Assembly (NCBI GenBank): GCA_964187785.1
Contig: OZ076409.1
Coordinates: forward strand, 27,592,001 to 27,656,000
Length of the DNA: 64,000 nt
Direction: 5' to 3'
From: Amphiscolops sp. MND2022
Lineage: Eukaryota
The notes under the pieces are model-generated. The model ran no database searches. It saw nothing but the letters and a program-made list of their open reading frames with translations, and had not been told where the DNA came from. The position numbers and the translations under genes were made by a program. Positions 25,075-38,300 of the stretch are shown here, in pieces. The stretch's first letter is position 1, and each line of letters opens with the position of its first letter.

Positions 25075-28000
25075 CTAGTATCTGTATTCATCATTGAAGT
25101 TGGGGGTGGGGTTAGGACGAAGGTTGTACTTTCCTCCCCTAGGACTTTTGTTGTCTACAAGTACATCATCATTTTCATCGTCTTATACTTCGGGCACGAT
25201 AGTATCGCTCCTTCCTGATGATTGTTGATCATCGTTTTGTTCATTCAAGCGGTCTGAGCACGTTTCTTGAGTCGTATCAAAATCGTCATTTTCTTGTAGC
25301 CCGGGGGACTCAAGGTCCTCGCTGGTCAAATTGTTATCGGGGGCCCTGGCGCCCTTTTCATGATGAGGCCCGGTGGACGTAAGGTCCACGTCGGTGAAAA
25401 TTTCGTCTTGCGTGATGGTATCACTGTCAAGGTTGCTGGAATTGCCTAGGCCATCTTGGCGCGTAGGAATTGCGTTTGTATCAGAGAAATTGGGGAATTC
25501 TCCAAAATTGGTTTCCCACGTAATGACATACAAGTCGTCTTGCGGTATAATAATTTCGTCCGGTTGTAAATTGCCTTCCGATCTAATGTCTTGTAGGGCA
25601 GTGTTGGGTTCGTATTTACGTAGTCTAATTCGGTGTAAAATTTGCGTTTTATTAGAATTAAGTTTTCGTAGAATGTAGTTTTCATTCGGCAAAACCTTTT
25701 CCACGATGTAGGGCCCAGTCCATCTGTTTTCTCGGAACGGTAACTTTGATCCTTGGTGGTCTGCGATAGGTTGTAGTATAAAGCAATAGTCGTTTTGTTT
25801 CAAAGGGGCCGCTTTGGCCTTCCGGTCGTAGTACTCTTTGTACTTCAAATAAGTTTGCATGATGTTTTTCTTTGTAGAATCTAGTAGTATCCGCGTGCAT
25901 CGTTGAAATTCGTCCGCAAAATCTGTAGTCGGTAGGACCTTCGGGTTTGGATTAAGGCCCAATTTGTGATCCAGTATATTATACGGGATTCGTCCGTGAA
26001 AAATTTTAGATGGTTCACAACCCAGGGTGGCGTGATAAGTCGTGTTATAGTTTAATACGGCTAAAGGCAAATATTTATGCCACTGTCGCCTATAGTCCCC
26101 TGAGGCCATCTTGAGGTTTGTTTTGAGACTGGCATGAGTACGTTCTAGTTTGCCAATTGTTTGCGGATGTTTTGTAGTTGCGCATTTTATGCGAATTCCG
26201 AGAATTTGAGCCACTTCAGCGACTAATCTGGACGTAAAAGCCGTCCCTTTGTCCGTGATCAATGTGGTAGGCAAGTAAGTATGTTTGGTCATTATGTCTA
26301 TAATAACCTTTGCCGTGTTTGTGACTGAAGCGTCGGTAACGGGGTATGCAAAAAGATATCTTGAAAACACATCCACTGCAGTTATGATGTTTTCATAACC
26401 TCCGCTGGGGGGCAGGTTCGGTAACAAATCAATTTGCATTGCATCTTTTGGACCTAAGTCCCATTCAGGCAAGTTGAGCAATTCGGGCGTTATGGATGAG
26501 TTGGGAATTTTTTTGTCTTTTATGCAAGTTTCACAGCCCTGAACCCATTTTTTAACAATTTTTGCGATTCCAGGATAGTAATGTTTTTGGCGAATTTCTA
26601 TGAGCATCTTGGATATTCCAGGGTGTTTATTGGCTGTGCCGTGTAGGGATTCGAGTAGTTCTTGGACCAGATGTTTTGGTAATAACACTTGATTGTATTT
26701 GACAGCTCCTGTTTCATCAAAATACTGTCTGGTAATAATTTCATCCATAACGGACAGTCGGTCCATTTGGCGACGGTAATGTTGGTAACGAGTATCTTGC
26801 AGGAGGATGGTCTCAGAATAGCTTTCTTTCAGTATTTTTAGGCGTAATTGTGGCAAAATGACGTCGTTGTTTTGCTCGACTGCTATAGAGTTCGGATAGG
26901 ATAGTTTTTGAAGCGTGGAGAGTCTGTGATAGTCACTTTTGTGTGTAGTAAATTTTTCGAATGAAATATCAGGTAATTGATTTGATGGATGGTCCCTAGC
27001 GTCTTTTTTACGCTGTAAAATTTGTTCTTCCGTCTCGTCGTCATCCTCGGTATAAAAGATTTGTTCCTCTTCGGAAACTCCGGCTGATTGGACGTGTAGT
27101 TCAATCGATGTTGTAGGAATATCTTCTCTGATTCTGAGGATTAAATTCTCTTTTGGAGAGATATCCAGACGTGACAGGTAATCGGCGGCAGTGTTGTTTT
27201 TGCCTGGAATGTGTGCTATAGTGAAATTGAATTGAATAACGTAATCACAAGCATTCCATAATGTTGGCGGAATAATTTTAGTTTGAAAAAATCGTGTGAC
27301 GGACTTGTTGTCTGTGAGTATAATCACCGGTTTTGGGGTTCCCCAAAAGGTATGTACAATATCCTTGAAGGCAACGAAAATTGCTAAGAACTCTTTTGCA
27401 TAGATTGACATTTTCAACTGGGTAGGACTAAAGGTCTTGGATCCATAAGCTACTGGTGCGAAAGCTTTCCTCGTGGAAGTGTACTTCTCAAGTGGATCGT
27501 CCTCGATAAGAACTGCGTACCCCGCGGCCGAAAAGCTGGCATCCGTCATGAGGGCTATTTGCTTGTTCGGTAAGGGTTGTTTGAGTGCTAGTTCACAACA
27601 TCGATCAAGGGCTTTGTTTATCTCCAGGACTTTTTCATCTTTGATGAGCAATTTGAAAAACGGTGTTAGTTTTTCTGATAGTCTTGGGATGTAGTTTCGA
27701 TAATAGTTCAAGAATCCTAAGTAACGCTGTAGGGCTTTCTTGGAATTCGGGAATTTCGTATTTTCTAGGAAATTTTGGACCCGTGGTCTCTGCGGCTTCA
27801 CTCCAGCAGGGGTGATGGTGCGTCCCAGAAAGTCGATTTTTGTTGCGCCGAAATGGCATTTATGCATCGTAAGCTTGAGACCAGCTTTTTGTATGCATTG
27901 GAATGTGGCCCTCAGGTTGTTGATGAGTTGTTCAGCTGCTTTGATGACTTTATCCAAATATTCGCGCATGAAACTGGAAAAGGCAGATAAGGCTCTGCTA

Positions 28001-29015
28001 AGACCTTGTGCCAGTCTTCTGTACGCGAAGGTTCTGCTGGCAAAATTGAAAGCAAGAATTTCAATGGACCGTTGGTTCGCCATTTGTAGGCAGTGATATG
28101 CTTGGGAGCAGTCCAGCTTGCAAAAATGCTTTTTCCCAGCCATATGTTGGGCTGCGTCGGTAAGTGTACTCACTGGGTGGTTGTTGTTAATATAATCGTC
28201 CGAGATAAGGTTGTTGATCTTTCGCAAATCGACTAAGAGTCGCAGTTTGCCATTGGGTTTCTTCTGGGCGAATATGGGGCTTGCGTATTTGGAGAATGGG
28301 AGTGTTGTAATGATCCCATAACGATGTAGTAGTGCCAATTCCACAAGGATGTCTTCCTGGAGATTGATCGGCGTTGGTAGGATTTGACTATAGGCCGGAG
28401 AGTCGTCCTTCGGTGTCAACTTGACCTTGAAGTCCTCATTCATGCCTATGTCGAATCGGTGTCTTGCAAATATGTCGTGGAATTCGACAAGTAAGTCTTC
28501 TATGCGAGCTATTTCAGCTGATTGTAGCATAGAGTCTGTCCAATCAAAATCGGACAAGAACTGTCGTCTGGACTCGAAATCATCCTGAGGATTAAGTTTC
28601 TTTATTTCCTGAAGGTTGATGAGTTCGGACAAAATCCTTTTCTGAATTGGTGTGTGATATTGAGGGTCCCCTGGGTCTTCGGGTGTCGGAAACCAGTAGT
28701 TTTCTTTGGAGTCCTCAGTTATAGGAGATTTGATCAGGCTACTTGCATAATAAGCGGCGTTTTCAGGGTTGTCTTGTAGGAGGTGCCATGTGGTCACCGG
28801 ATCAATAGGCTTGACATATTTCATCTGTTCTGGCGAGAGGACAGTGAAATTAGCCACCTGTGTGCCCCCCTTGAGGGTGTACGGAGTGTCAGTAAAATTG
28901 TTCAGATGAAATGATACCTGACCATTGATCAGGGTGACTAGAGCAGCACAGAAGGCGATGTCGCCATCATCTGTAAGATTATTGCTCGGTTGAAGGATCC
29001 CAGTAACTGTAGTGT
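25075..29015 (-). pseudogene. pol: pol of element B (RT lacking its catalytic motif, RNase H, integrase)
   Basis: ORF 25183..28857 is homologous to A pol. After a premature stop the frame continues to KYNLRPNPTPNFNDEYRY* at 25075. The YVDD block is absent. Confidence 0.93.
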
Positions 29016-29018
29016 TCT

Positions 29019-30621
29019 CGATTTTGTTCGCTATTGTTAGAGTCTGTTGAACTCTCTCTAGACCTCATTCTACTATTTTCCTGTGTAAAACAAGTTCTGG
29101 GACGGTTTTCCCACGATTTCTGAGGATTTCCTACTTCGGCGTTCCGTTGTAGCCCACTGGACCTCCGGTCCCTTATGGTGAAATCGGTTGACCTTGGGCT
29201 AGGATGTAGCCCGTTGGACCCTCGGTCCACCGTGGTGAAATTAGGTCTCCCCTGCACTTCTAGTGTATTTTGGATAGAAGGAAGCACTATACTTGTTATT
29301 GCAGCTGTGATAGCTTCCTGGATTTGAGAATTCAGGCTGGTTTTGACCTCATTGAGTTTTATAGACATTTGATTGGAAATTTCTTCGTTTATCAACCTAG
29401 TGGTCTCAATTGCAATTTCGCTGTTTTCTCTGCTATTGGAATTAAGTAAAGATCTAAAATCTTCTCCTATAACGTTTGAACTTTGTTGTAGTCTACTAGA
29501 CCCTGAGTCCAAATTCACTTCATTTTCGCTAATATTATTTTCTTCATCATCTCTAGAGTAGCTTCCAAGCATTACGTCACCATTTTCTACATCGGACAGC
29601 ATGTCTAACTGTCTAGAACGTCTTTCTTTAGCCTTTTGCTTTCTTGTTGAAGGCAATGAAGAAAATAAACACAACAACAATGAATTGACAGAACAAACTA
29701 AAATTAATATGGTTGGTGAATGAAATGTACAGATTGTACTGAAAGTAAAATTGTGATCGCAATTAATGCAGTTTGAATTGGATTGTGACTTCAAGTTGAG
29801 TTTCCAAAGAATGGTCCCTCTGGTCTCCTGGGCCTTGCTATAAATACCCTATTCTGCATGACAAGCAAATTTACAGGCATCATGTTACTAAATATAAACA
29901 TGACAAACTAAAAATAGTAGCAAATATGGTTCCGTCAGCATGACGTCAATACATCAAAGAGCAAGATGGGGGGGGGGCTTTGGCGGTTATGCCGACAAAG
30001 TGAGAAAATGTTTATAGCGACCTGTAAGTACATTCAAGGTTAATCTACAACACTACATGTTTGCAGAATACATAATTTCATGTTATTTAAGCTTTTCACC
30101 ATAGCGGACGTTAAGTCCGCGTGGCCACACTAATACAGCACTATCAGCACTTGTGCGTTAATTTCACCGTGGCAGACATTCTGTCCACGGAGCGTCACTA
30201 ATATGCTGCACTCTGATTGGTGTAAAATACTTGTACGGCGAGTACAGTGAATTAGAAGAAGCGTTCATTTGAACGCGTTTCCTCTTCCGCTTACTATTGC
30301 ATCATATTAATTCATCAATGTACAGACTATCTATTAAATTACGTCAGCATTCTGATACCAAAACAGGCACAGGATAAACTATTAAACAGTAAAATACATC
30401 CTTGTAGACTAAAATTATTAATTGCACTGATGCCGCAAGGACCATAAGTCTTTCATGGTGAAAATCAAAATGGTAAAAATAACAACAAAATACATGTAGT
30501 TTATATTACCTATTAGTCTTTGCCAGTGTTTAAATGGGAAGAACTCCTGGGGGAGGCTTAGAGTTATCTCCTTCCAACGTGATTTGATAAAAATTGCCAT
30601 CACAGGCGGCAGCCTGCGACA
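29019..30621 (-). repeat. 5' LTR of element B (last ~5 nt, PBS, rest of gag and protease deleted)
   Basis: Identity with the 3' LTR ends at ..AAATCG and joins directly to pol linker sequence (NTTVTGILQPS..). It carries the Gag N-terminal frame (28979..29656) with ATG changed to TTG. Confidence 0.92.
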
Positions 30622-31819
30622 GATGCAAACTGATTTTCTCATTTATAGCTCATATTTCCCAGAACTGAAACAGTTTACTGAAACCATTCTTTTTCAGAAA
30701 GTACGACAAGGATGTAGGCTACTTTTTCCACCATCAAAGTTTCCGTCATAGAGTATGTTGTCTTCGTTTTCCTGCCAAAAATACTTTTTTCCTGGTCTTT
30801 CATCAAAAATTCCTGAGAACATTGAACATTTCTGCTCGAAGACAAACGCGAGGTGCCGTCACTCCTATGTTCTCTTTTTTGTTCCTCATTTGGTGTAATC
30901 TCCACTTCTCAAACTGCATGCTAAAATGCTCTGGTTTGTTGTTTTTATCGTGAATGAAGTCAATTCGTATTAAAATGGCGGTAAAATAGATAACATTTCA
31001 ATGGAATCTGCCAAATATCAAATCAAGGCTTCAATTTGCCGCCAAGACTTGGAAGCTTCTTTTGATCAACTTGATTAAAATCGTTCAAAACGTGATTAGA
31101 GTCTCTTTGCATTTGAAAAAAGCGGTAAATTTGAAAATGAACAATAGAACTAATTAGAGAATAAAAGAGTTAAAGGTTTCGACTTGACTTTCAAGCAGCT
31201 TGATTCAAGCAAGCAAACTTTAATTTCAACTAGCAAAGCTGCACTTCAACAGAAAAAGATGCCGAAATGAGAATATTTTTTTCGGGGTATTTTGTTAGAC
31301 CAGAGAGCTCACATCGAATGGTGCAGATCTATAGACTTCACCCCAAAAACTGAACCATATTCCAAGAGGCCAAAGAGTCCTTGGGGTTCATCGAATTTTT
31401 TTGATCTACAGAAGCATATGAGACCAAAGAGTTGCCACTTTGAGTATTGTTGCGGCGCTGTGCTACCTTTCTTCAGAAATTTTCGCTTTTGTTTTTTGTA
31501 TGAATGCTTATTTGAGATTGAACGTTTTCATCGGTGAATACTTTTCGGCACTGCTCGAAGTTTTTCTGACTTTTCGCGGAGAGAACTGTTCAATTTCTTG
31601 AACGAATCGGAGCCGACTTTATACGTTCTCGTCTTGCAGCTCAACAAAAAATTGTTGTGACGTCCAGCAGCCTTGTCACAGAACACCTGTCAGAACTTTA
31701 CCAACACCTGTCAGAACTTTACCAAAATTACGAAGTAAAGTAAACAAGACGCCCGCTAAGCAGCTGGATATTTTCCGCCCTGTTCGTCATCACCAACTGA
31801 GCCATAGCTGCCTCAGCGA

Positions 31820-31930
31820 ATAGGATCTAAAGAATAAGATCTAAACTTTAGTGATTTTAGATCTTATTCCTTTTAGATCTTATTCCCGCCCTGAAATTTT
31901 AGATCTTATTCCCTTTAGATCTTATTCCCT
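31820..31930 (+). repeat. Short tandem repeats (TTTAGATCTTATTCC)
   Basis: Four to six copies of agatcttattcc / agatctaaa. Confidence 0.7.
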
Positions 31931-32427
31931 TTTTAGGAGTCGGAAAAAAATTTCGACTACTTATGCAATCGTGCTGTTTTTTTTCTCCCGACCTTTTCAT
32001 GAAAATTTCAAATTTCTCAAAAACTGTACATACGATTTTCACGAAATTTTGCACAGTCATTCTACACCCAAAGGGGCCCCTGCGTGTGCAAAGGCATCAA
32101 AATCGTATGGCTGGGATGTGAGAAACATAGCCAAAATTAGCCCAAAAATGGCCAAAAAACAGCCATTTTTCGACTTTTTTCGACTTTCTCAAAAACTGTC
32201 CATACGATTCGAACGAAATTTTCTACAGTTATTCTACACCATATTAGAGTCCTTTATGTGCAATGGCATCAAAATTGTATGGCTGGGATGTGAGAAACAT
32301 AGCCACGATTAGCCCAAAAATGGCCAAAAAACAGCAATTTTTCGACTTTTTTCGCTTTTCTCAAAAACTGTCCATACGATTCGAACGAAATTTTCTAGTT
32401 ATTCTACACCATATTAGAGTCCTATAT

Positions 32428-34199
32428 TGTCATTCCAGCATGATGGAAATATAATCTACTAAATATCTGTAATGTAAATAATATGTCTTATGTACTTAAA
32501 TATGGGCAATATGGTGTCATATAATAAGATCTATGGTTGTGAGCAACCCTACGTTACATGTACCTAACTCCCTATTTCCCAGTGAGATTTGAGCTATTTA
32601 TCTATTTAATACTGAGCATTCTAGTTCCGTTTGTCCGCAATTCATGATCGTGCTAATAAGTAAATGATGCTACTTTATATTTTAAATGGCTTGTCACGAG
32701 AAGAGAAAGTAGTTTCTCGGTCAAACTGGACCACCATAACCAATAGACGAGAATGACACTCGCTAGGGAACTCCCGCCTCAAAGGAATCTAGCGCGACAA
32801 GCCTCCTCTCTTTGAAATATACGAAACGATGAAATAACGATGTTATTGGTGCTAGAATTCATAATTTAACTCAATCTAACAAGCTTCATCCATATTACAT
32901 CGTCTAACCGTGACCAAAACGCCAGAAAACGAGAAAATTGAAAAACGATGTAAAAGCAATGAAACTACTTGATTGAATACTTGTTGCCATATGTTTCATC
33001 ATTTGTGCATCGCTCACGCTTCCAAAACCTGAAAACAGTGCTAAAATAGCTAACGATGGAAAAACGATGGAAATCTTTCATCGTTTTCTTGTCTATAGCT
33101 AAATCACGCTTCCAAGACCTGAAAACAGTGCTAAAATTGAGAACGATGGAAAAACGATGGAAATCTTTCATCGTTTTCTCATCTATAGTCAAAATTCACC
33201 TATATTGATGATAAAGCGATGTAACTACTCCAGAACTATATGCAGTGCTCCCCCCACAACTCATTCCATCGTTTTCACATCTAGTTGATCGCTTTAACAC
33301 TAGAGCGAAGCTCATTCACCATTCCTGCATCCGCAGCCACACAAACAGAATCAACTAGTGAAAACGATGCCGAAACGACAAAACTACTGAATCCCGTATC
33401 TCCAGTTAACTTAGCGCTATTGATTCATCGTTTTTACATCACATTTGTTTAAAATTGATTTAATCGATCCCCCGTTAGATTGTACCCCAGTTTGATGTAA
33501 TTTCGACACTTGCCGTGACTCAGACGGTGCCTATTACAAGTTGCTAATTTGAATGCATTAAATATTCATAGTAATTGGTTTAAATAGATTAAGCGCGCAA
33601 TTTCAATTGGTAACCCTCCAGCGACATGCAGTACAACCGGTCACGTGACCAAGTGCTAATTAGCACCTTGCTAACCAACCAATGAGAACGAAAAACGATG
33701 GTAAGAATTGAGTCTTACCATCGAGCTGGAGGTAGGCTACCTCAGAGACACAAGATAACTAACGCTACATTGTACAAGTACTTGTATTACTCATCCTTTA
33801 TACGTATCTTACTCCAGATTTTACAACAATTCAACTCTTATCCGCAATAGTCATCTCTTCTCCATCATATGAGTTCTGATTCCCAAATAACATTAAGAAA
33901 CAGGAAAACAATAACTTGTACTACTTCAATAAATTCAACGAGACCTACTCACGAAGAGGAAACTATTAACATGGAAAATAACATTGAAAACGTGAATGAA
34001 CAAGCCCAGTCAGGACAAAATTCGTCGAATTCTGAGATAGATTCTCAGAGGGTCAATGACGAAAGGTTTAGCCACATACAGTCAGAAATGTCTATGCTGA
34101 AGGCCATGATGGAAAAGTTGCTAGAACAAAACGAAGAGAGAAATAGACAAACGGATGCCAATGCCGCGGCATCTTCGTTCGCGGTACGGTCGTCCAACA
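32428..34199 (+). repeat. 5' LTR of element C
   Basis: Direct repeat of 46869-48640, roughly 99% identical by eye. Confidence 0.97.
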
Positions 34200-35356
34200 T
34201 GGTGACAGGAGTCAACAGGACTCACAGAAACCAACGCAACTACTTCCACGACGAAGAAGATGAAGATGATTACGAAGACACACCAAGCAACTCAACGGAG
34301 ATTGCATTACTCAACGCCATCCAAGATCTACCAAGGAAATTGCAGAAAACAAACACGAAACTCCTGCAAGCCCACGTTCCCAATTTCCGAGGCTCTAAAG
34401 ACAAATACAACGAATTCGAACACCTCTTACTTAACCATTTCCGACCCATCGCCATTAAGATCACAGGGGAAGATAAAATACACTTCTTCCAGAGCTTACT
34501 CCGCGATGAAGCCATTGGCTTTTGCCAAACCATCACCATCAACCCAACCACCACTCTACAGGACGTCCTGCAACTATTCAGAAAAGTGTTCGCAAAAGAA
34601 GATATGAGAGAAGTCGCTCGCTACAGAGGGAATGAGGCCAAAGACGACCCGACCACCCAGACATTCGGAGATTTTCTAAAAAACCTCAAGAAAATAGCCA
34701 TGCAAGCATACGGCGACGAGGCCGACAAATGCATCAAGATGTTCCTCTTCGGGAAATTACCAATCGAAAGCCAACAAGAGCTGACAATGGCGAACAAAGA
34801 AGACAGCAGCCCCGAAGAAATCAAAACCTACCTACTCAGAAAATACCAATATCAGAACGTCCTACAACAACCTGCAGCGACATATCAGCCATTCAACCAG
34901 ATGTCTGATAACAACTCCAAACGAGAATTCACACGCTCCGACCAATCTCAGCCCGAATCAGACACTAAACGATTCGATGGAAAATGCTTCTACTGTGGTA
35001 AACAAGGCCACAGGAAACAAGAATGCAGAGGACGCCAAAGAGATGAAGCTAATGGCATTAACAAACCAGACGCCATACAACCTACCAAACGGCAAGATGA
35101 AGATAAGCCAAAATACAACCCAAAACTGGTATGCCAGATTTGCGGGTGTACTGGCCACTCAGCCAGGGACTGCAGAAAAAGAATCCCAAAGCAAACGAGC
35201 ACACCCTACGGACAACTACCACATCAACGAACAGATGACCAAGAGAACAAAGAACGACGACGAGAATTAAAACAACAACAGCGCCCAATGAACCGAATGG
35301 AAATACAAGACAACGATGAAGATCCATCCTCAGAAGGAGAACAGGAGTTTCAGTAA
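33869..35356 (+). CDS. gag: Gag of element C (495 aa, two CCHC knuckles), first 110 codons inside the LTR
   Basis: CFYCGKQGHRKQEC and CQICGCTGHSARDC, a capsid-like central region, and an open frame across the LTR/PBS junction. Confidence 0.92.
   Translation: MSSDSQITLRNRKTITCTTSINSTRPTHEEETINMENNIENVNEQAQSGQNSSNSEIDSQRVNDERFSHIQSEMSMLKAMMEKLLEQNEERNRQTDANAAASSFAVRSSNMVTGVNRTHRNQRNYFHDEEDEDDYEDTPSNSTEIALLNAIQDLPRKLQKTNTKLLQAHVPNFRGSKDKYNEFEHLLLNHFRPIAIKITGEDKIHFFQSLLRDEAIGFCQTITINPTTTLQDVLQLFRKVFAKEDMREVARYRGNEAKDDPTTQTFGDFLKNLKKIAMQAYGDEADKCIKMFLFGKLPIESQQELTMANKEDSSPEEIKTYLLRKYQYQNVLQQPAATYQPFNQMSDNNSKREFTRSDQSQPESDTKRFDGKCFYCGKQGHRKQECRGRQRDEANGINKPDAIQPTKRQDEDKPKYNPKLVCQICGCTGHSARDCRKRIPKQTSTPYGQLPHQRTDDQENKERRRELKQQQRPMNRMEIQDNDEDPSSEGEQEFQ
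34200..34211 (+). promoter_or_regulatory. Primer-binding site TGGTGACAGGAG (tRNA-Leu-like) of element C
   Basis: TGG start directly after the LTR-terminal CA; identical to the D PBS. Confidence 0.85.
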
Positions 35357-38300
35357 AGCCACATTTTCACTCCGCGAACAATCAAAGTCCGCACCCACAC
35401 TCTGACTTCAAAACTCACTCGACTCATCAAACTCAACACAATCGTCATCAGAGGTCTTGGCAGCCCTCTGGTGATTCCAGCAAAGCAGACGAAGTCTATC
35501 TGCGAAGATACCGGAAACCCGATGAACAACCGATGAAAGCGATGAAAACCACCAACAGATTCACTCCATTGGAAAATTCACTTGATGAACAAACGATGAA
35601 CTGGCATAACGACGCATTGAGGCCTGCGCACGATGCCAAAGAGATGTACTCACATCTACAACAGACGGACCGACTCTCAGCTGATGACAAAGCGACAAAA
35701 CGGCTTAGTAGTAAAACACATGCAAACGACAAAAATAGTAGTACCAAAACTAAAAAACATGCAACCAATAATCAATTTCACGTACTTAGTCCCACATTAC
35801 ATTTGAATAAAAATGATAAGATGTTGTTTGTTCCCCTCCAGTTTAACAGCTACGAAAACCAAGGTCTTTTCGACACAGGAGCAGTGCAAAGCGTACTTTC
35901 GGAAGCAGAATTACGCAAATTCACCGCTGCTCATCCCAAAGCAGTACTAGACGAATTACCACCCCCTAACTTTAAAGTTCAGATAGCTAACGGCAACTTA
36001 GTCCCCATTCGAAAACAAGTCCTCTTACGCTTTTTTATAGCTGGAAAAGTCTTCGAAGAAGTCTTTTTGGTCCTCCCAACATTGGGAACGATCCTGATCG
36101 GAATGTCATTTTTTGAAAAGTATTCTGTCAACCTTGACATCAAAAATCATCTAGTTCACTTTCCTAACCATTTGATGTCAATGCAAGTGAGACAACAAAC
36201 AAACAAAAAATTCAAAACTGGGTTAATTGATTTGTATTCCAGCAGCAGAACGACCATCCCTCCCCACCACCAAGTACTGATTGAGGTTCACAGCGACGCG
36301 GACATATCACGTACAACCGGCACGGTAGAAGGGACTCCAGCATTCATGCGCAAGACGTGTCTCTTGGTGTCTCCAGCAGTGGTTGACCTAGACGATGGAA
36401 AAACGATGATTCAGGTCACCAACCACAATGAGCACGTGTACACACTCGAAGCCAACACCAACCTGGCAAACTTTAGAATACCAACGCCCCACCAAGCCGC
36501 CAACATCACACCGATGCCAGTCGGACACCTGAAGTTGATCACCGATCACCCCGACGATGCAGCAGCAGTGATCAATCAACTCTTTGTGAACCCCGAGATG
36601 AAGTCTACAAAACGGTACCCGACACCAGAGACGTGTAGTGAGCCAGACAAACTCAACAAGATCGAACGACGCATTTTCGATGAAATTCTGGCCCTCAGAG
36701 AACTGGAGAAGCTTGATCCCGGCCGCTTCCACGATGAGCGAGTCAAGTTCCCGCAGAACTTCAAGTGGGACGAATCACTTCTTTCTCCGTCTCAACAAGC
36801 TCAGGTAGAGGAGTTGCTGGTAAAGTACAACTCCATTTTTGATAGACATCGTTTAGACATCGGCATGAACACTGATTTTAAAGTAAAATTAACACCCCAG
36901 CATGAAGAACCGGTGTACTCCCAAAGTCTCCCTACCCCTACTAACCTAAAAGATGACTTGCTTGTAGAATTAGCGTTAATGCAGGAGTACGGGATTATAA
37001 CTACTCTCCCTTACAGCAAATACTCGTCACCGATATTTGCACAGCGTAAACCGAATGGTAAACTAAGGATTTTAGTTGACTTGCGGAGAATCAACCACCT
37101 GATCAAGAACGATTACGGAGAACACAACCACCCAGTCACAACTGTTTCAGACGCTGCTCAACACATGGCCGGGAAAAAATATTTCTGTAAACTTGATTGT
37201 TCCCAGGCCTACCACTGCATTCCAATGGCTGATGAGCAGTCAGTCCAACTGTTGTCTTTTAACTTTGGATCCCGTACTTTTGCTTTTCTTAGACTAGCTC
37301 AAGGTCTTAACCGTTCCCTTTCAGCCTTCACCAGCGTAGTCCGCGAGTACTTGGACCCCTTGGTCAAAGCGGACCGCTGTGCCCAGTATGTTGACGACAT
37401 AGGCATAGCAGCAAATACGCCTGATGAGTTGATTGAAAATTTAGAACATGTTTTTCAGCAGTTGTCCAAAGCTGGTTTGAAACTCAGCATGAATAAATGT
37501 GAATTCGGACAACAACAAATTGAATACCTCGGCAAATCAATTTCTAGCACTGGAATAGCACCCATCGAAAAACGAATAACTGATTATTTAAAGAAACTCA
37601 AACCTCCCAATTCAGTTAAAGCTCTCCAACGGTACTTAGGATTTGTCAACTTTTACAGGTCCTACATTCCCCGGTTGGCAGACAAAACAGCCGTTCTTCA
37701 CGAATTAATCAAAAAGACACTACTTTTAAACTAGAACAACGTCACAAAGATGTAATTTTTGACTTTAACGAAAGTTTACTCAAGGCTACTAAACTGTCAT
37801 TGAAACTTCCCCTTCCGGATAAACAATTAGTAATCATGTGTGACGCGAGTGAACATGCAGCAGGTTATGTCCTTTTAATAGAAGACTACTCTGAAACACA
37901 ATCGGGTAGCTTGAAGAAGTACGCACCAGTTGCTTTTGGCTCTAAGAAATTTCAGGGTGGACATATGTCATTAACAATGTACGCTAAAGAGTTTTTAGCC
38001 ATACACTTCGCGTTCGACGAGTTCGGCCACATTCTATGGGGTGTAAAGAAACCTATAATTGTAATGACAGATAATAAAGCACTCACCCGTTTCTTTCAGG
38101 CTAAACACATACCACCGTCACTTTGGAATTTTTGCGACCAGACGCTTCAGTTTAATTTTATTTTAGCACATGTACCAGGTGTAGAGAATCCCGCAGCGGA
38201 TAACTTTTCCAGGTTGGAAATTCGACCTGAAGATCGTGTTCATCTAAAATCAACTTATTCCATTCCAGTACACCATATAGAAATCGAAATCGCCTCAAAG

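Larger units (their letters stand above)
17141..30621 (-). mobile_element. Gypsy element B: both LTRs present, internally deleted, 5-bp TSD GATGC
   Basis: Near-identical ~1.6-kb direct repeats with TG...CA ends. GATGC lies at 17136-17140 and 30622-30626. Confidence 0.95.
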
